A DNA stretch of 63,939 nucleotides, the filler included, from Vannella sp. (lineage: Eukaryota): the NCBI GenBank assembly GCA_023345925.1. It is 4 parts of 4 records of this genome, joined end to end, with 100 filler letters (N's around TTAATTAATTAA, not from the genome) between each part and the next. Parts side by side here need not be neighbours in the genome. Positions count along the whole stretch, not along the records: positions 18,999 to 49,943 come from JAJQQN010000645.1; positions 50,044 to 58,000 come from JAJQQN010000896.1; 2 more parts are not named here. The stretch is one strand, 5' to 3'. Shown here in pieces: positions 43,681-56,343 of the stretch. A program made the position numbers and the translations under genes. The notes under the pieces are model-generated. The model did not search any database. It was given only the letters and a program-made list of their open reading frames with translations, and had not been told where the DNA came from. How positions within the stretch are numbered: position 1 is the stretch's first letter; each line of letters starts with the position of its first letter.

Positions 43681-44421
43681 GAGGAAGGATGCTCCCCGGT
43701 TTGAAGGCGCATGGGCTACTTTGTTGGAGGAGTGGTACCGAACGGCGGATGTTCAGAAGGAGCGTGATTGGGTATCATCAAGAGCGGCTGTGAAGGAGGG
43801 AGAGAAGGTCCTGGACATTGGAGTAGGACCTGGTTTCTTCGCTTCCGCTCTGGCGCAGGGAGTGGGGGCTGAAGGACGTGTGATTGGACTTGATATTAGC
43901 CCATCGATGGCAGAGATGGCTCAGAAACTGCCAAGGACTCTCTCAGGTCTCTATCCTCGAAGGGGACGCTTGCAACTTGTCTCCCCTCGAAGAAGAAGGT
44001 CCTTTCGACTGCCTGATCAGTACACAGGTGTACGAATACGTCGAGAATGTCTCCATAGCTCTGCAAGAGGCATTCCGTCTCCTGCATCCTCATCCTCGAT
44101 ACAGACTTCTCCAGTGTTGTTTGGCGCACCTCCGACCCCGCTAGGATGCAGAGAGTGTTGAAAGCCTACGATGAGCACTTGGTACATCCACATTTGCCTC
44201 AGAGTCTTTGTCCTCTCTTGCGCCAAGCCGGCTTCGAGGTGGATCACCCAGTGGGCACCTTCAGCATCACCAACACTGAGCTGGCAGACTCGTACAGCCA
44301 GTACCTCCTTCACACGATATCAGAGTTCGTCGTCGGTCGACAGAGCTTGACAGCCGAGGAAGTGAGCCAATGGAGGAGCGAGCAAGAGCTCCTCAACCAA
44401 GAAGGAGAGTACTTCTTCAGC
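43681..44421 (+). pseudogene. Bacterial-type UbiE-like SAM methyltransferase pseudogene
   Basis: VLDIGVGPG, FDCLISTQVYEYV, ILDTDFSSVVW and RMQRVLKAYDEHL are spread over three frames. The PGGR segment is missing, there is no in-frame ATG, and it ends abruptly at YFFS. Confidence 0.75.
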
Positions 44422-45073
44422 CCTCCCTTGGGTCCGCGGCGAACATGTCCAGGACCTCCTGATCGGTAATGGAGGAGCCTAGCTCGGAGCTGGTAGCTCC
44501 TGGCTGAATGCTGAGGACACGGATGTTGGTTCCTTCGGTCTCCTGGCGAAGACCTTGCGTGATCGCTTCCACAGCCCATTTGGTGGCGCAGTAGACAGTT
44601 CCTCCAGGGAAGAGCTTCCTCCCTGCATCAGAAGAGATGTTGATGATGTCTCCTGCCTTCCTCTCTCTCATACTGGGCAGAACAGCGGCGATACCTTTCA
44701 AGACGCCTTTGATGTTGACGTCAATCATCCCACTCGTCCTGGTGCAAGTTCCTCAAGAAGCTAAGAGGCATCACCCTGCGTTGTTGATGAGGACGTCCAC
44801 GGGCTTCTCGTACTGCTTCGACAATGCTCTCGGCGAAGCGAACGAGTTCGTTCACCTCGTCCCGCTTCGTTAGGCCTTGCCTGATCCTTGTGCGTTGATA
44901 GCATCAGCCAACTCCGTCAGCTTCTCCTCACGCCGAGCGCCAAGGACAACAAGTAAGTTTCCTACTGTTGAGAACGGGTCAACCGTTGGCCCCATTCTTG
45001 GCCAAAAGCTCAGCAATCGACTTCCCGATACCACTGGAGGCTCCTGTCATGACCACTTGTCACTAAGACTCAT
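44417..45073 (-). pseudogene. Short-chain dehydrogenase (YdfG-like) pseudogene
   Basis: TGASSGIG, GARREEKL, DVLINNAG, VMPLS, MIDVNIKGVL and YCATK, broken by at least four frameshifts. The C-terminal region is missing. Confidence 0.78.
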
Positions 45074-45223
45074 CGCACCAAACAATGATTGACCAAATGT
45101 GTGAAAAATCGGGATTTTGTCCCTTGTGATCTATCTACATGTTAACAAAAAAAGGGAGAATTTCCAGGCCAATCAGGAAGGAGGGATGGGGGGCTTCACT
45201 TTTCTCTCCAACGCGCATTGTTG

Positions 45224-48200
45224 ATGCGCTCTCTCTTGCTTTTCCTTTGCGCGGCCCTTTGGGCTACGTTTGCAAGTGCAGATCCTCCCTGCTGCTCCCA
45301 AGCTGGACCTGATTTAACTCTTTTCGATTGTACTTGCACTGGCAGCTTCACAGCAAGGAGCTCTTCTTTCGTTTCCGTGTCACCAAGTGCTACCATCCGT
45401 GCGAACCTCGTTGTTCTGGAGGCTCCTGGATTGATTGATGTGCTTGGAATCATCATCTCCTATGGTGACGTGTACTTGAACAGCTCCTTGACCTCCATTA
45501 GCGGAAACGTGAACGCCTCTGCGAACGCGAACTTTTCCTCTCAGAAACAGTTCTATCTCTCCTCTCAAGTCAATGCTGATGTGGTTCGAGTTGAAGTTTA
45601 TACGCAATCGAGTGACCATGCTGTGGTTCTTGCCTCGCAAGGAGCCCTCTCCTTTAACCGGCTTTTCATCTCCGGAACGTCCACAGGAGGATACGGAGTC
45701 AATCTCCTTGGCACCCTGCTTCAAGCTGGTAATTCGACTGTGTTTATCAATGGCACCTCCATAGGAGGGTCCATTGGAGTGAACCTTAACGGAACCACCC
45801 TTTCACAAGCCACAGTTATTGGTCAAGTCGAGGACCCAGTAGCGCCAACGTCTAATGGAGTGAGTCTATGGGGGTGTACCTTAATTAATTCCACTGTGAA
45901 CGGCAGGGTACTCCGCAGTAATGTAAAGAGTCATGGAATTTACGTTTCTTCGGCCTTGCAAGTGCGGGGATCCGTTCTAATGACCGGAGTATGCATTCAA
46001 TGCACATCATTGGCAGATGCTCTCGGAATCCGCCTGTCTTTTACCACTATTCTACCAGTTTCCGATGGTTCCCTCATTCTTTATGGAGAATCTCTGCAAT
46101 CTGAAGGCGGTGTTCGGTTTGATACTCCATCAATCAATATGCCATCAGGATCGATTCGTGTTGAGGGGAAGAGTAGCAAGAATGCCATATATTTTTCTTC
46201 TGGCTCAATTACTGCCTTTGAGTTGTACGCGGTTGGCACGTCAGTGACTGGTCCTGGAGTTGGTGTCCACTTCGAATCCACATCACTTGTTGCCTCTCTT
46301 TCTGTTTTTAATGGAACTGCAACGAATGGCAACGGGCTTTCTCTAAGATTTACCACTTTTACGATGGTTGACTTTCCAGGATGCTCCATGATCTTCGCTG
46401 GCCGAGGAACTCAGTACCATCATATCCATCACTCACAGAGTACCTTTGTATTGAATAACTGCAAACTACGTACTACGGGTCAGATTTACTCGGACACGAG
46501 TATATCATTTATCTCCGCAAGCCCATTATCCCAAGTGATAATTGAAGACTACGTTTATGTAATTGGCAACTTTTTGTTGGATATCAAAGGTAACGCGAAG
46601 GTTTCTGATGGTGTTGCTGCAACAAGTATAACAATCGCGTCTGCCAATCTGTGTGGAAGATTTGCGGGTTCTCCGACTCTTGGTGCCATAACCGTGGAAT
46701 GCACTTTAACGGTACCTCAATTGGAACTAATCGGTTTTTTCGTCAAAGTCTTCAGTTTGGATTCTGGTAGCTTACAACGGCCAGTTAGTATTTCAGGGCA
46801 AAAAATTTACCTTGGCAACGTAAGTCCAGTCATTCCTTGTTTTTCGAAGTGTTCTAAGACGTCGTAGATTGGTTTGACTTCGCCTCTTGGGTCCTTGAAC
46901 GTTCAGTCTTCGACTACCATTGAATCTACAGCAAGCGTTATCCATTGTACTGAAGATATCGTTCTCAAAGCTACCGTTCTTCGAAGCCAAAACTATTCTC
47001 TTGAAATCAGGACAGATTCGGGAACCGTGACCTTCCAGGATGTTGAGGTAGTCAGTGGTATGACGATCGGAGACCTTCTCGTGAATGGAAGCAGTCTACT
47101 CACAGGCAACGGCAAAATCAACATTTCTGGAACAACTTATCTCAACAACGGAAACCACACCGTCAATGGTGTCATAGTTGGCTCCTCTTCTATGCAAAAT
47201 GCTCGCCTTCTTGGGAAAGGTTCCTTGCTCAGTTCCGCCTTTATGTCAGGTGCAGTTCGCGAAATCATTCCGTCCCCAGTCCAACCCCCTGGATCAGGAT
47301 TATTCATACATAACCTGCAGCCACAGTCTAACGCCAGCGTCACGTTCAAATTGGTCTCCTCAACTGTGTATGGGAGTATCCGATTGGGTGGAGAATCACT
47401 CTCTTCCAACAACTCGATTGCTATCAATCTTGTGTCTGAAAACGGCTATGTTCCAATGATTGGAGATCAGTTTGACATTCTCTTCGTCAATGGAACTGGT
47501 TATCTTCCTGGAATGTTCATTACCTTCAACTCTTCCTTGAATGTCGTAGCTCCAGGAGATACGGTGGCAATTTTGGGAGGTACGAGTCAGCTTGTGGCAT
47601 CATTCCTCAATGGAACCGGAGAGATTTTGAGGTTAGTCACACCAGCTTCCCCAACTGCCTCTGTGTCGGTCACCCCTTCAAAGTCTCGTCTGCCTACGCC
47701 ATCGAGAACACCTTCTCCTTCGCCAACAACATCTGTGACACCATCAGGAACGCCTTCTTCGTCAGAAACACCCTCTGTATCAGAAACCCCTTCTGCATCG
47801 GTAACGCCTTCTTCTTCAGAAACACCCTCGAGCTCAGGGACATCCTCTGTATCTGAAACACCCTCTTCTTCAGAAACGCCTTCTTCTTCAGAAACACCCT
47901 CTGTATCAGAAACCTCTTCTACATCGGTAACGCCCTCTTCTTCAGAAACGCCCTCTGTATCAGAAACCTCTTCTACATCGGTAACGCCTTCTTCTTCAGA
48001 AACACCCTCTTTATCGGAGACACCCTCTTTATCGGAAACGCCTTCTTCTTCAGAAACGCCCTCTGCTTCAGAAACGCCTTCTTCTTCAGGAACTCCTTCT
48101 GTATCGGCAACGCCTTCTTCTTCAGAAACACCCTCGAGCTCGGAGACACCCTCTTTATCGGAAACGCCTTCTCCTTCAGAAACGCGCTCGAACTCGGAAA

Positions 48201-49300
48201 CACCTTCTTCTTCAGAAACGACTTCTTCTTCGGAAACCTCCTCTTCGTCGGAAACACCTTCAGCAATGGAAACGCCTTCTGCGTCGGAGACATCTTCTGT
48301 CTCAGGAACAGGGTCAAAAACACCCTCTGACACGCTTTCTCTCTCGTCTTCGCTAACGAAATCTTCAGAGACTGGAGCAACAACTTTCAACGCTACGGTT
48401 TTCCTGAGCAAGTCTTCCACAACAACTCCCTCTGGAGCTGGAAATGCTTATTCAAACTCACTTTCCAATTCCTCAAGTTATCCGCTTTCAGAATCTCCAA
48501 TGGCGTCATCGCCTCCCTCGGAAAACCCATTTCCGGCCCCTTCTTCCTCCCCCATGCCTTCGACTCCAGTCACCGGATCTCCTATTACTTCCACTCAAGA
48601 GGTTCCTTCTCCTAACAGCTTATTGATGGGCTTGGCTGGATGCGAAGGAGAATGCAGCGGGGGGATATCCAATCTCGTATTATCTCAAAACACAGAAGTT
48701 CAATCCGTCAACTTGATCACCAATGATGGACAAACAGCAGGATTCTTGGAAGTACCAGTTGGCTTCAGAAACGGGGAACTTGAAGTGACTTTCATAGTGA
48801 ATGAAAATCCCATACGCACCCAATTATCGAATGGAGTGTCGAGTCCTGTAGTTGATATAACTTTGAGATCCGAAGAAGGAAAACTTATTGAAGAACTCAA
48901 CCGCCCTCTTACCATTTGCTTGCCCGTCAATCCGGGCGTCGGAAATGGGACCTCTAAAAAGTGTCTTGGGTACTTTGATACCAAAAAGCAAAAGTGGAAA
49001 TGCGAAGATTGCTCCTTGAAGAAAAAAAGTTCAGAGGGAGGGCAATCCTTCGTCTGCGGGACCACTCCACACCTCACCTCATTCGCTCTTTTACTCACAG
49101 GCAAGGCGGATGCATGCGGAGATCAACCGATTGACAAAGTACTATCTTGGCTTTCCCTAGCCTTTGTATGCCTCGCCATTGTTATTTTTTTGATCAGCGT
49201 TGTTCTCATAGAAATTCGACAACAATACCACCTCCGGAAGCTCAACGCCCAAATGAACCTATTGACGAATCCCCAGGGATCGAAAATTGTCGGCAATTAA
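45224..49300 (+). CDS. About 1340-aa surface protein: signal peptide, beta-strand-repeat passenger-like region, Ser/Thr stalk, GPS motif, single TM; intron 46820-46867
   Basis: ORFs 45218..46867 and 46874..49300 join in frame through a GT-AG intron. GPS reads CLGYFD..WKCEDC..CGTTPHLTSFALLL; the TM reads WLSLAFVCLAIVIFLISVVLI. Confidence 0.85.
47640..48330 (+). repeat. 18-nt coding tandem repeat (ETPSSS/ETPSVS hexapeptide)
   Basis: Recurrent tcagaaac(a/g)cc(c/t)tct units, with a higher-order duplication around 47890-48010. Confidence 0.92.
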
Positions 49301-49943
49301 ATAATTTTATCGTCAGAGTGCTAAAAAGGAGTGTTTTCCTTCTAAATCCAACGTTTTATGAGTGAGTTTCTTCGCCCGCACCCACCACCATTCGTCTGTC
49401 CGAGCCAGTAACTTGTTAACTGTCTCTCGCAAACAGGTTCAGCTCTTGTTTAATACGAAAGGCTCGAATCTATGTTGACAAAAGTGTATATTAAGATATC
49501 AATGTGCGGGATCCGGGGAAGTGTGTACCCCAGGGAGTCAATGGTTCAAATAGCCCTCACAAACCTTTCTGTCGCTCACTGACGATGGACATTTTGAGCA
49601 GAATTTTTCTTTACCTAAAAGCCTTTTTTTTTATGCAAGTCCCACGGTCCTCCAGGATTGATCTTCTTCTTTCACTCCTTGTTTTTCTTTTGATCTAAGC
49701 TTTCCTTCTCGTTCCATCGACTTTCTGCTTCCTTTGCCTTCCCCTCAACGTCCTCCTTGTTCAAGGCACTCTTCTCGTTCAATCCTCATGCCTTCCCATC
49801 CTCATCCATTGTTCTACAAACGATTTTCCGGCCGGAACTTGCACTGTTGAGTATAAAGTCCTCACTGATGGACTCTGAATGAGGCAGATAATGAACCAAA
49901 TCAAGGTAACGGGACTGCTGCATTCGCGTGACAGAGAAGGGCA

Positions 49944-50043
49944 NNNNNNNNNNNNNNNNNNNNNNNNNNNNNNNNNNNNNNNNNNNNTTAATTAATTAAN
50001 NNNNNNNNNNNNNNNNNNNNNNNNNNNNNNNNNNNNNNNNNNN
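49944..50043. other. Artificial assembly spacer
   Basis: N44-TTAATTAATTAA-N44. Confidence 0.98.
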
Positions 50044-50338
50044 TTGCCCTTCCGTTCCCATTCTCCTCATCGGGAACAAAAGGGACTTGCTCGATGACGA
50101 CATCTGCTATGAGTGGCTTGTAGAACGCGATGGATTGGTCACTTCGGAAGAAGGATTGGAAATGGCAGAGCAGATTGGCGCTGTTGGATATCTGGAGTGC
50201 TCCGCTGTGACCCGAGAGGGGCTTAAAGAGGTGTATAACACTGCAGTGAGTTACGTTCTGAAACAATCTGTCCCACTCTGCCCGCCTCCCAAGTCTCGAG
50301 GGTTGCGAAAAGCGATTTTGTCCTTCTTTGGACATTGA
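50044..50338 (+). CDS. C-terminal fragment of a Rho-family GTPase (5' end in the gap)
   Basis: CPSVPILLIGNKRDL ... EEGLEMAEQIGAVGYLECSAVTREGLKEVY. No CAAX motif (ends SFFGH). Confidence 0.8.
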
Positions 50339-50449
50339 TGAAACCAATGCCTTGAAGAGTGACTGTTGATTAGCTTTATAAACCCTTTCGAGAAAGAGAA
50401 CCAGAACTACTATCTCTTCCACTGAGGTCTCTGAAAGAAGACAGAAGGT

Positions 50450-53400
50450 TTAGTCTTCCAGAATGTTCTGCCAGATTGTCCGGTCCTCCTCTTCATCAGA
50501 ATGAGTGATGCGAGAGCTTTCTGCTTGAAACTGGGAGAGATCAATGGGAGGAGGTTCTTCTGTTTTGAGGCGTTCAAGGCGACTGATGATTTCTTTGAAG
50601 TCTGGCCTGAGACCAGGATCCTGGTTCCAGCAGTCCTCAATAAGAGAGACAAGTTTGGGAGAAGTGAGGATACCCGTATTGGGCCGGGCTCCTTGAACGA
50701 TGGAAGCGTTGAGAAGAGCAATATTCATCTGATCATGCGGCGGAAGCGAATAAGGCCGACGACAGCTGAACACCTCGTATAGAACCATGGCGAAGGAGTA
50801 AACATCCGCACTTTGGGAGTATTTCTCGTTCAAAAGGACTTCTGGGGCCATGTAGGCTGTAGTGGAGTGAGACTATGTTCAATGAGTGCGAAAGGACGCA
50901 CCTGGAGTCCCAATGCAGGTCATGGCTCGAGTCAAAGTCGGCCGAACAACAGAAATCCCAAAATCAGCCACTTTGCACACCCAGCCTTTGCTGACCAAGA
51001 GATTATCAGTCTTCAAGTCTCGATGAATCAACCTTTTCTTGTGCAAATGTGCCCTAGAGCGGATAAATCAGCATTCAGGTTGATCTAAAGAACAACTTAC
51101 ACTCCTTCAGCAGCATTGATAGAGAGTCGAAGCTTGATTCGCCAAGAAAGGGCCTTTTTGTGGAGTAAGTCAGCAAGACTGCCGCGTTCCATCAATTCAG
51201 TGATGAGGTAAAGGCGAGACTCATCGAGTGTTGTAGAAACGCCAATAAAGCGAACAATATTGTTATGATCCAGAGAACTTCAATGGACCACCCTATCAAC
51301 GAAGGTTCATCAGAGAGGAAAGGTTCAGCTTACTGCAAGAGGACAATCTCGTTCAGAAAGTCCTTGAAATAGTCTGCGTTCAACTCAGAGATCCCCAAAA
51401 TCATCTCCTTAATTGCTATTTCGGAGCTGCATGGTCATTAGCAAAGGTCCTCCTCGGACTGGGAAAGCTCACCCATTAAATGTGCCTTTGCTTACCACCC
51501 CAGCAGCTCCCTTTCCGATCACTTGTAAGACTTGAAGATCCTCCCACTTGATGCGGGGAATCGTTGTGTTGGACAGAATGGCTTCTAAAGTGAGATTATC
51601 TCGATCTGAAATAATATCTGGGATCTCCATTTCCTCGTAAATTCGTTGAGCAAGTCTCTTCCTGGAGATTTGATTAGAGAAACAGAAATGCAATATTCTG
51701 TTGACTGACTTGTAATAGTAGAAAGCAAGGATCATTGCCAAAGCAAAGAAGAAGAAGAGAAACAAAAAGATCACAAATACAAGGATGAGAACCTCTTTGG
51801 AATGGTCCACCTTTGCTCCTGGAGGTGGAGCACAAACTTGGCATTCTCCGCGTTCTTCACTTCTCTGAGGAGTAAGATCAGGTGAAGAACATCCCGTCCA
51901 AGAGAATGTGCAGTCCTCAATCACTGAGATTTGATCGTAGAAACCAACTCCATTGATCCCCAACAAATCAAAAGTCGTGGATATTTGGGCTCCAGAGGAT
52001 CCGCAAATCTTCAAATTCTCAAAAGAAGCAACCCCTGTGTGACGAGTAAGAATAGCAGTATCCAGTTGTGAGAGTACTAACCGCTTGAAGAGTCCATAGA
52101 CTGAGCTAAAAATCCATTGGGAGGGGAAATCTGGCCGCTGAAATAAGTCATGGTGACATTGAGAGGGTGTTGAACAAGGAGAGCCCCATAAATTGGAGTG
52201 CCTAGCCCATCTAATAGCACTATTTTAACGGTAACAGGTGTTTGATCCAAGTGAATGACGCTATCACAAACATCTGCTCCTCGCTGAAACTCAAGCAGGG
52301 ATGGATCTATCCCAAAGATAAGTGATTGCTGGCTTGCTGAAGAGTATACTTACAAGAAGCAAACCCATTCGATGTTTGATAGCTCGATGAGTTGTCGAAA
52401 TTGTAAACGCAATCTTCGCAAATGGGCTCCACTGCTACAGATAAAGCGCCCATCCCAAATCCAAAAGTTGATCCTCCAAACTCAGCAGGGCTGATTCAAG
52501 TCTGTTAACGAGGATTTGATCAACATTCCAGACTTACTTGTCAACAAAGGTGGATTGGAAGAAGATTGGGCTTGCTGAGGTGATAGATTCAACGAAAACT
52601 GCTGCTCCCAAAAGAGCTGCATTGCCCAAAAAGTTCTGTTCCTGAAACAGAGGACTGCTGGGCTCCCATGAATTGAGGTAGATGGCCCCTCCCAGGTGAT
52701 CGGCGGAGTTGGTGACAAAAGAGTTATTCGAAAAGAACACTTCTTCTGACGAGTGGCCATCAAGACTCTTTGCCTTGCTCTTAGCCTCTAAATACAGCGC
52801 TCCACCCTGAGAAGCCTTGTTATTCCTTAGGCGAGGCCTGTTAGATAGAACTATCGAGTATTTTGGTACTCACAGAAAGAGAGAGCTTTTGGCGATACTA
52901 CTCAGTCGGAAAGAAAATCGAGAGTAAATTGCTCCCCCCTTTGCCGCGCGATTGGATATGAATGTAGCTGGGTTAGTTTGGAAGTTGCCCAATTGGGAAT
53001 AGACAGCACCACCGAATGTGGAAGCCTCATTCCAACTCCACAGGATGTTGGCAGAAGTGACAAAGCAGGTGTCTACAAGGTACAATGCACCTCCCATTTC
53101 TAGTGCGGAGTTGTTCCTAATGCCCAATTAGCAATTCGAGCACTCCTTTCGTTCAACCTGCTTACGAGAAATCCGTATCTTGCAGCTGTAGGAAAGAACT
53201 ACCACCTGAAAAGACAGCGCCTCCATTACGGGCTTGATTGCCAAGAAAAGAGCCTTTGGTGACTATCAGACGGGAATAGTCCAATAGCGAAATGGCCCCT
53301 CCCGCAAAGTGCATTGCCTGATTGCTTTTGAAGATACAGTCGACTAGAACAGATACAGAAGGACCTCCTAACCAAAGTGCTCCCCCTGAGACGGCCAGGT

Positions 53401-56264
53401 TCTGGGAGAAAGTCAGATTCTCTCCTTCAAACTGGATCTGTGATGTGAGAAACATGGCTCCACCTTGAGCAGCTTCGTTTCCCTACGTTTACCGTTAGTT
53501 AAATTCAGCAAGTGCGAGAGCAACAAGTTACAAGGAAGAAGGTGCTTGTGACTTTGATGATGGCAAGATTTTGTGAATTCACTGCTCCTCCCAATCCAGA
53601 AGGGCTTTGATTGTTGGAAATTGTGGAATTTTGTATCAACAGCGATCCTTCCTGTTGAACGTAGAACGCTCCTCCTTGTGGAGCTTCGTTCTGGTGGAAA
53701 AGAGAGGATTCTACTTTCAATTCTGCATAATTTGCCAGGAAAACAGCTCCACCAGTACTAATGGCATTGTTCAATTGAATAGTGCAATCACCCATAACGA
53801 TCTTTGAATTTTCTTTGGCGAAAAGAGCCCCTCCAGATTGAGAAGTGCAGTTCTGGAATGTGGATCTTTTTGCACTAAAGTGAGCATTTTCGAAAAGGGC
53901 GATGGCACCACCAGTCTCAGTCGCACGATTAGAGCGGAAAGTGCAATCTTCCATGTTAACCTCAGCATTCGATCCTGCTGCAACAGCGCCACCATAGGTC
54001 GCAAAATTGTTTCTGAGATTGATGAGTTAACTGATGTGATACTGCGCAAGACTCACTCCATGTTTGACTCGATGATTTTCGTTTTCTCTGATGTGTAGAT
54101 GGCTCCTCCTTGAGTTGCGGAGCAATATTGAAAGTTAGACAGAGAGACTGTGAGTTGGCCTTGCTCTGAGTGAATAGCTCCCCCAGAATCAGCCGAACAG
54201 TTGAAGAAAGTGCATCCTTTGATGAGAACTTGGCCTGTGCGGCCACTATCAAGGAGAGAAATGGCTCCGCCAGATTGCCCTTGGCACGAAGCGAAAGACG
54301 AGTTCTCAATCGTTGCTAATCCACCAGCGATGTAAAGTGAACCGAATACTCCTGACCCACCTGCCCTCTCATCAATCAATTGATCTAGAGCACACTGTGT
54401 CCCTACCAACAAAAGAACAGTTCACAATCCGCAGAGAAGCACTGTCGTGTGCACCAATGGTACAAAAGTCGGTCTTAGTCTGAAGCACCTACCACCAGTC
54501 ATGAGAACAAGAATTTCCTTCGAAGGTCAGCCTACGATAGATGAAGTCATATTGAATGGGCCATAGCTGTTGACCAGCACTAGGTTGACATTTTCCCTGT
54601 TGGAAGAGTTAGAAGGGCTTGTTTTCCTGGGCCAGACTCACTCAAGAAGACAATAATCCATATAAGAGCCAAGTGAACCAGAGTTAGGCGTCATCAAAGT
54701 CATGCTATTGCGGAGGAAAACGGATTCAGAGACATAAATGCGGCCTTGGGCATTTAGCAATAATTCAGTGTTGCCGCCACTGTTCTCTTGAAATAGGCAT
54801 CTACGTATGGTTGCTGTACCAGTGTTGACCTCCAGGAAAATATGAAAATTGTTCTCTTGAATGTGAGAGTCCTCCATCAACAGGGTACCAGACGATAGAA
54901 TGAGCATTGTCTTCCCCATCGCATTTTCTCCAAAGATACAGTTTGACATGAATACTCTTGAGCTCACAAACCTTCCAAAAGTATCTGGAACAGGTCAGCT
55001 CCATTATTAGTTGATGGGCGACAATCTTACCTCCATTGCCAACATAAGTTACATTCCGAAATAGACCGATGGTACCTTTTGGTAAGCTAAATCCTACTTT
55101 GGATACTCCTGTGAATAGGTAGGGACTAGAAATCACAGAAAAATCAATCACAGTCAAGTTCACACTAGTTGGATTGATAGTGACCACCTGTTCCCATATT
55201 GTGCTTTGCAGTAGGATCGATTGGTAGAGAAGTGACGCGGCCGTTGTGCCAGACAGATCGAAAACGTGCCGCACAACAGAATCAATGATTTGGATGTCTT
55301 GGAAGATCCCTTCAGAGATGTCGTTAAATTTGAATGCCCCAGTCATTTCAATGATTTCCATTTGTCGAACCAGAACATTCGAAACAATCACCTTCCCACC
55401 TCCACTTCCGCCTTGTTCCAGAGTTTCTGTGCGTAAAATGGCCCCGCAATGGTCGAAAGACAGGATTCCAGCATCGATAATGTAAGATGGAGCAGAGTAA
55501 ATTACAACGCCGCTCACGTTCAAGAAAGAACTTTCTCGAATTGTTACATTAAGTAGACCAGGACTCTTGCGGAAGTCAAATACTACCTCCGTACTTATAT
55601 GCTTCATTGAAGCACTGCTCAATAGAATTGAAGAGGAGTTTCTGACAGTCAAAAAGCTCTTTCCAGTGAAGGACTCAACAACTAGAGAGGAGATCTCCAC
55701 CAATGTAACGCTTTCAAGAGCTACCAGAGCTTGATCTAATGATGAATTATGAACTGATGAAAGAATCAACTGAAAGGTGGAGCTGCTGCTGACTTGAACC
55801 GCCTCCAGGCTCCCTTGAACTTGGTGCCAGAGCAGGTGAGAAAGTATGACAGAGATGCAATCAACAAACACAAACAAAGGACGGTCTTCTAGTAGAATGG
55901 AATCAAAGGTGAACCCTTCCACCCAGAAGGAGCCTTGGGTGAAGGTGAGACTCGCGCCATTCCCCACTCGGAGAGAAGTAGCGTTGCTTCCTTCTGTTGA
56001 ACGAAGAGCAACCGAGCAATTCCTCACTTCCATACTAATCAACAAGTAGCTACCTGGCTCAACAAGGACCTCCGAGACAGATTCACCACTTGCGCTTCGG
56101 TTACACGCTATCATAAGAGCCGTTCCAATCGTGGCGCAAGGGGCAGAGTCAGCTCCACATCCCGCCGAATCCACACCCCAACTGGCAACATAAACAGTGC
56201 TCGCTTGGCATTGAATCGCCGCCAAGAGCACCAAAAGAGCTCGCCATCGGCACCACCGAGCCAT
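50450..56264 (-). CDS. Receptor-like TKL kinase with a Pmp/POMP-type beta-helix ectodomain; multi-exon
   Basis: Signal peptide, YV..G.D..CG..PCATI cap, many FxxNxA..GGA(I/L/V) repeats, TM near 51720-51790, then IGKGAAGVV, IAIKE, IHRDLKTDN, VADFG, GTP.YMAPE and DPGLRPDF. Confidence 0.9.
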
Positions 56265-56343
56265 CAAAACTGTTCCAAATGAAAGTAATCATTTTGATGG
56301 TTAAATCATTATTTTGAGTCATCTCACGGAAGGATGCGGCAAG

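Noticed and set aside
15328..45073. Stop-codon reassignment or RNA editing to explain in-frame stops
   Set aside because: Conserved genes end normally with TAA, TAG or TGA and have no internal stops. The lesions are confined to local remnants and include deletions.
47587..48420. Antisense ORF of EEEGVS repeats
   Set aside because: It is the shadow of the Ser/Thr/Pro repeat on the plus strand.
49470..49560. TTGACA and GGTTCAAAT as a bacterial promoter or tRNA
   Set aside because: No correctly spaced -10 box and no cloverleaf.
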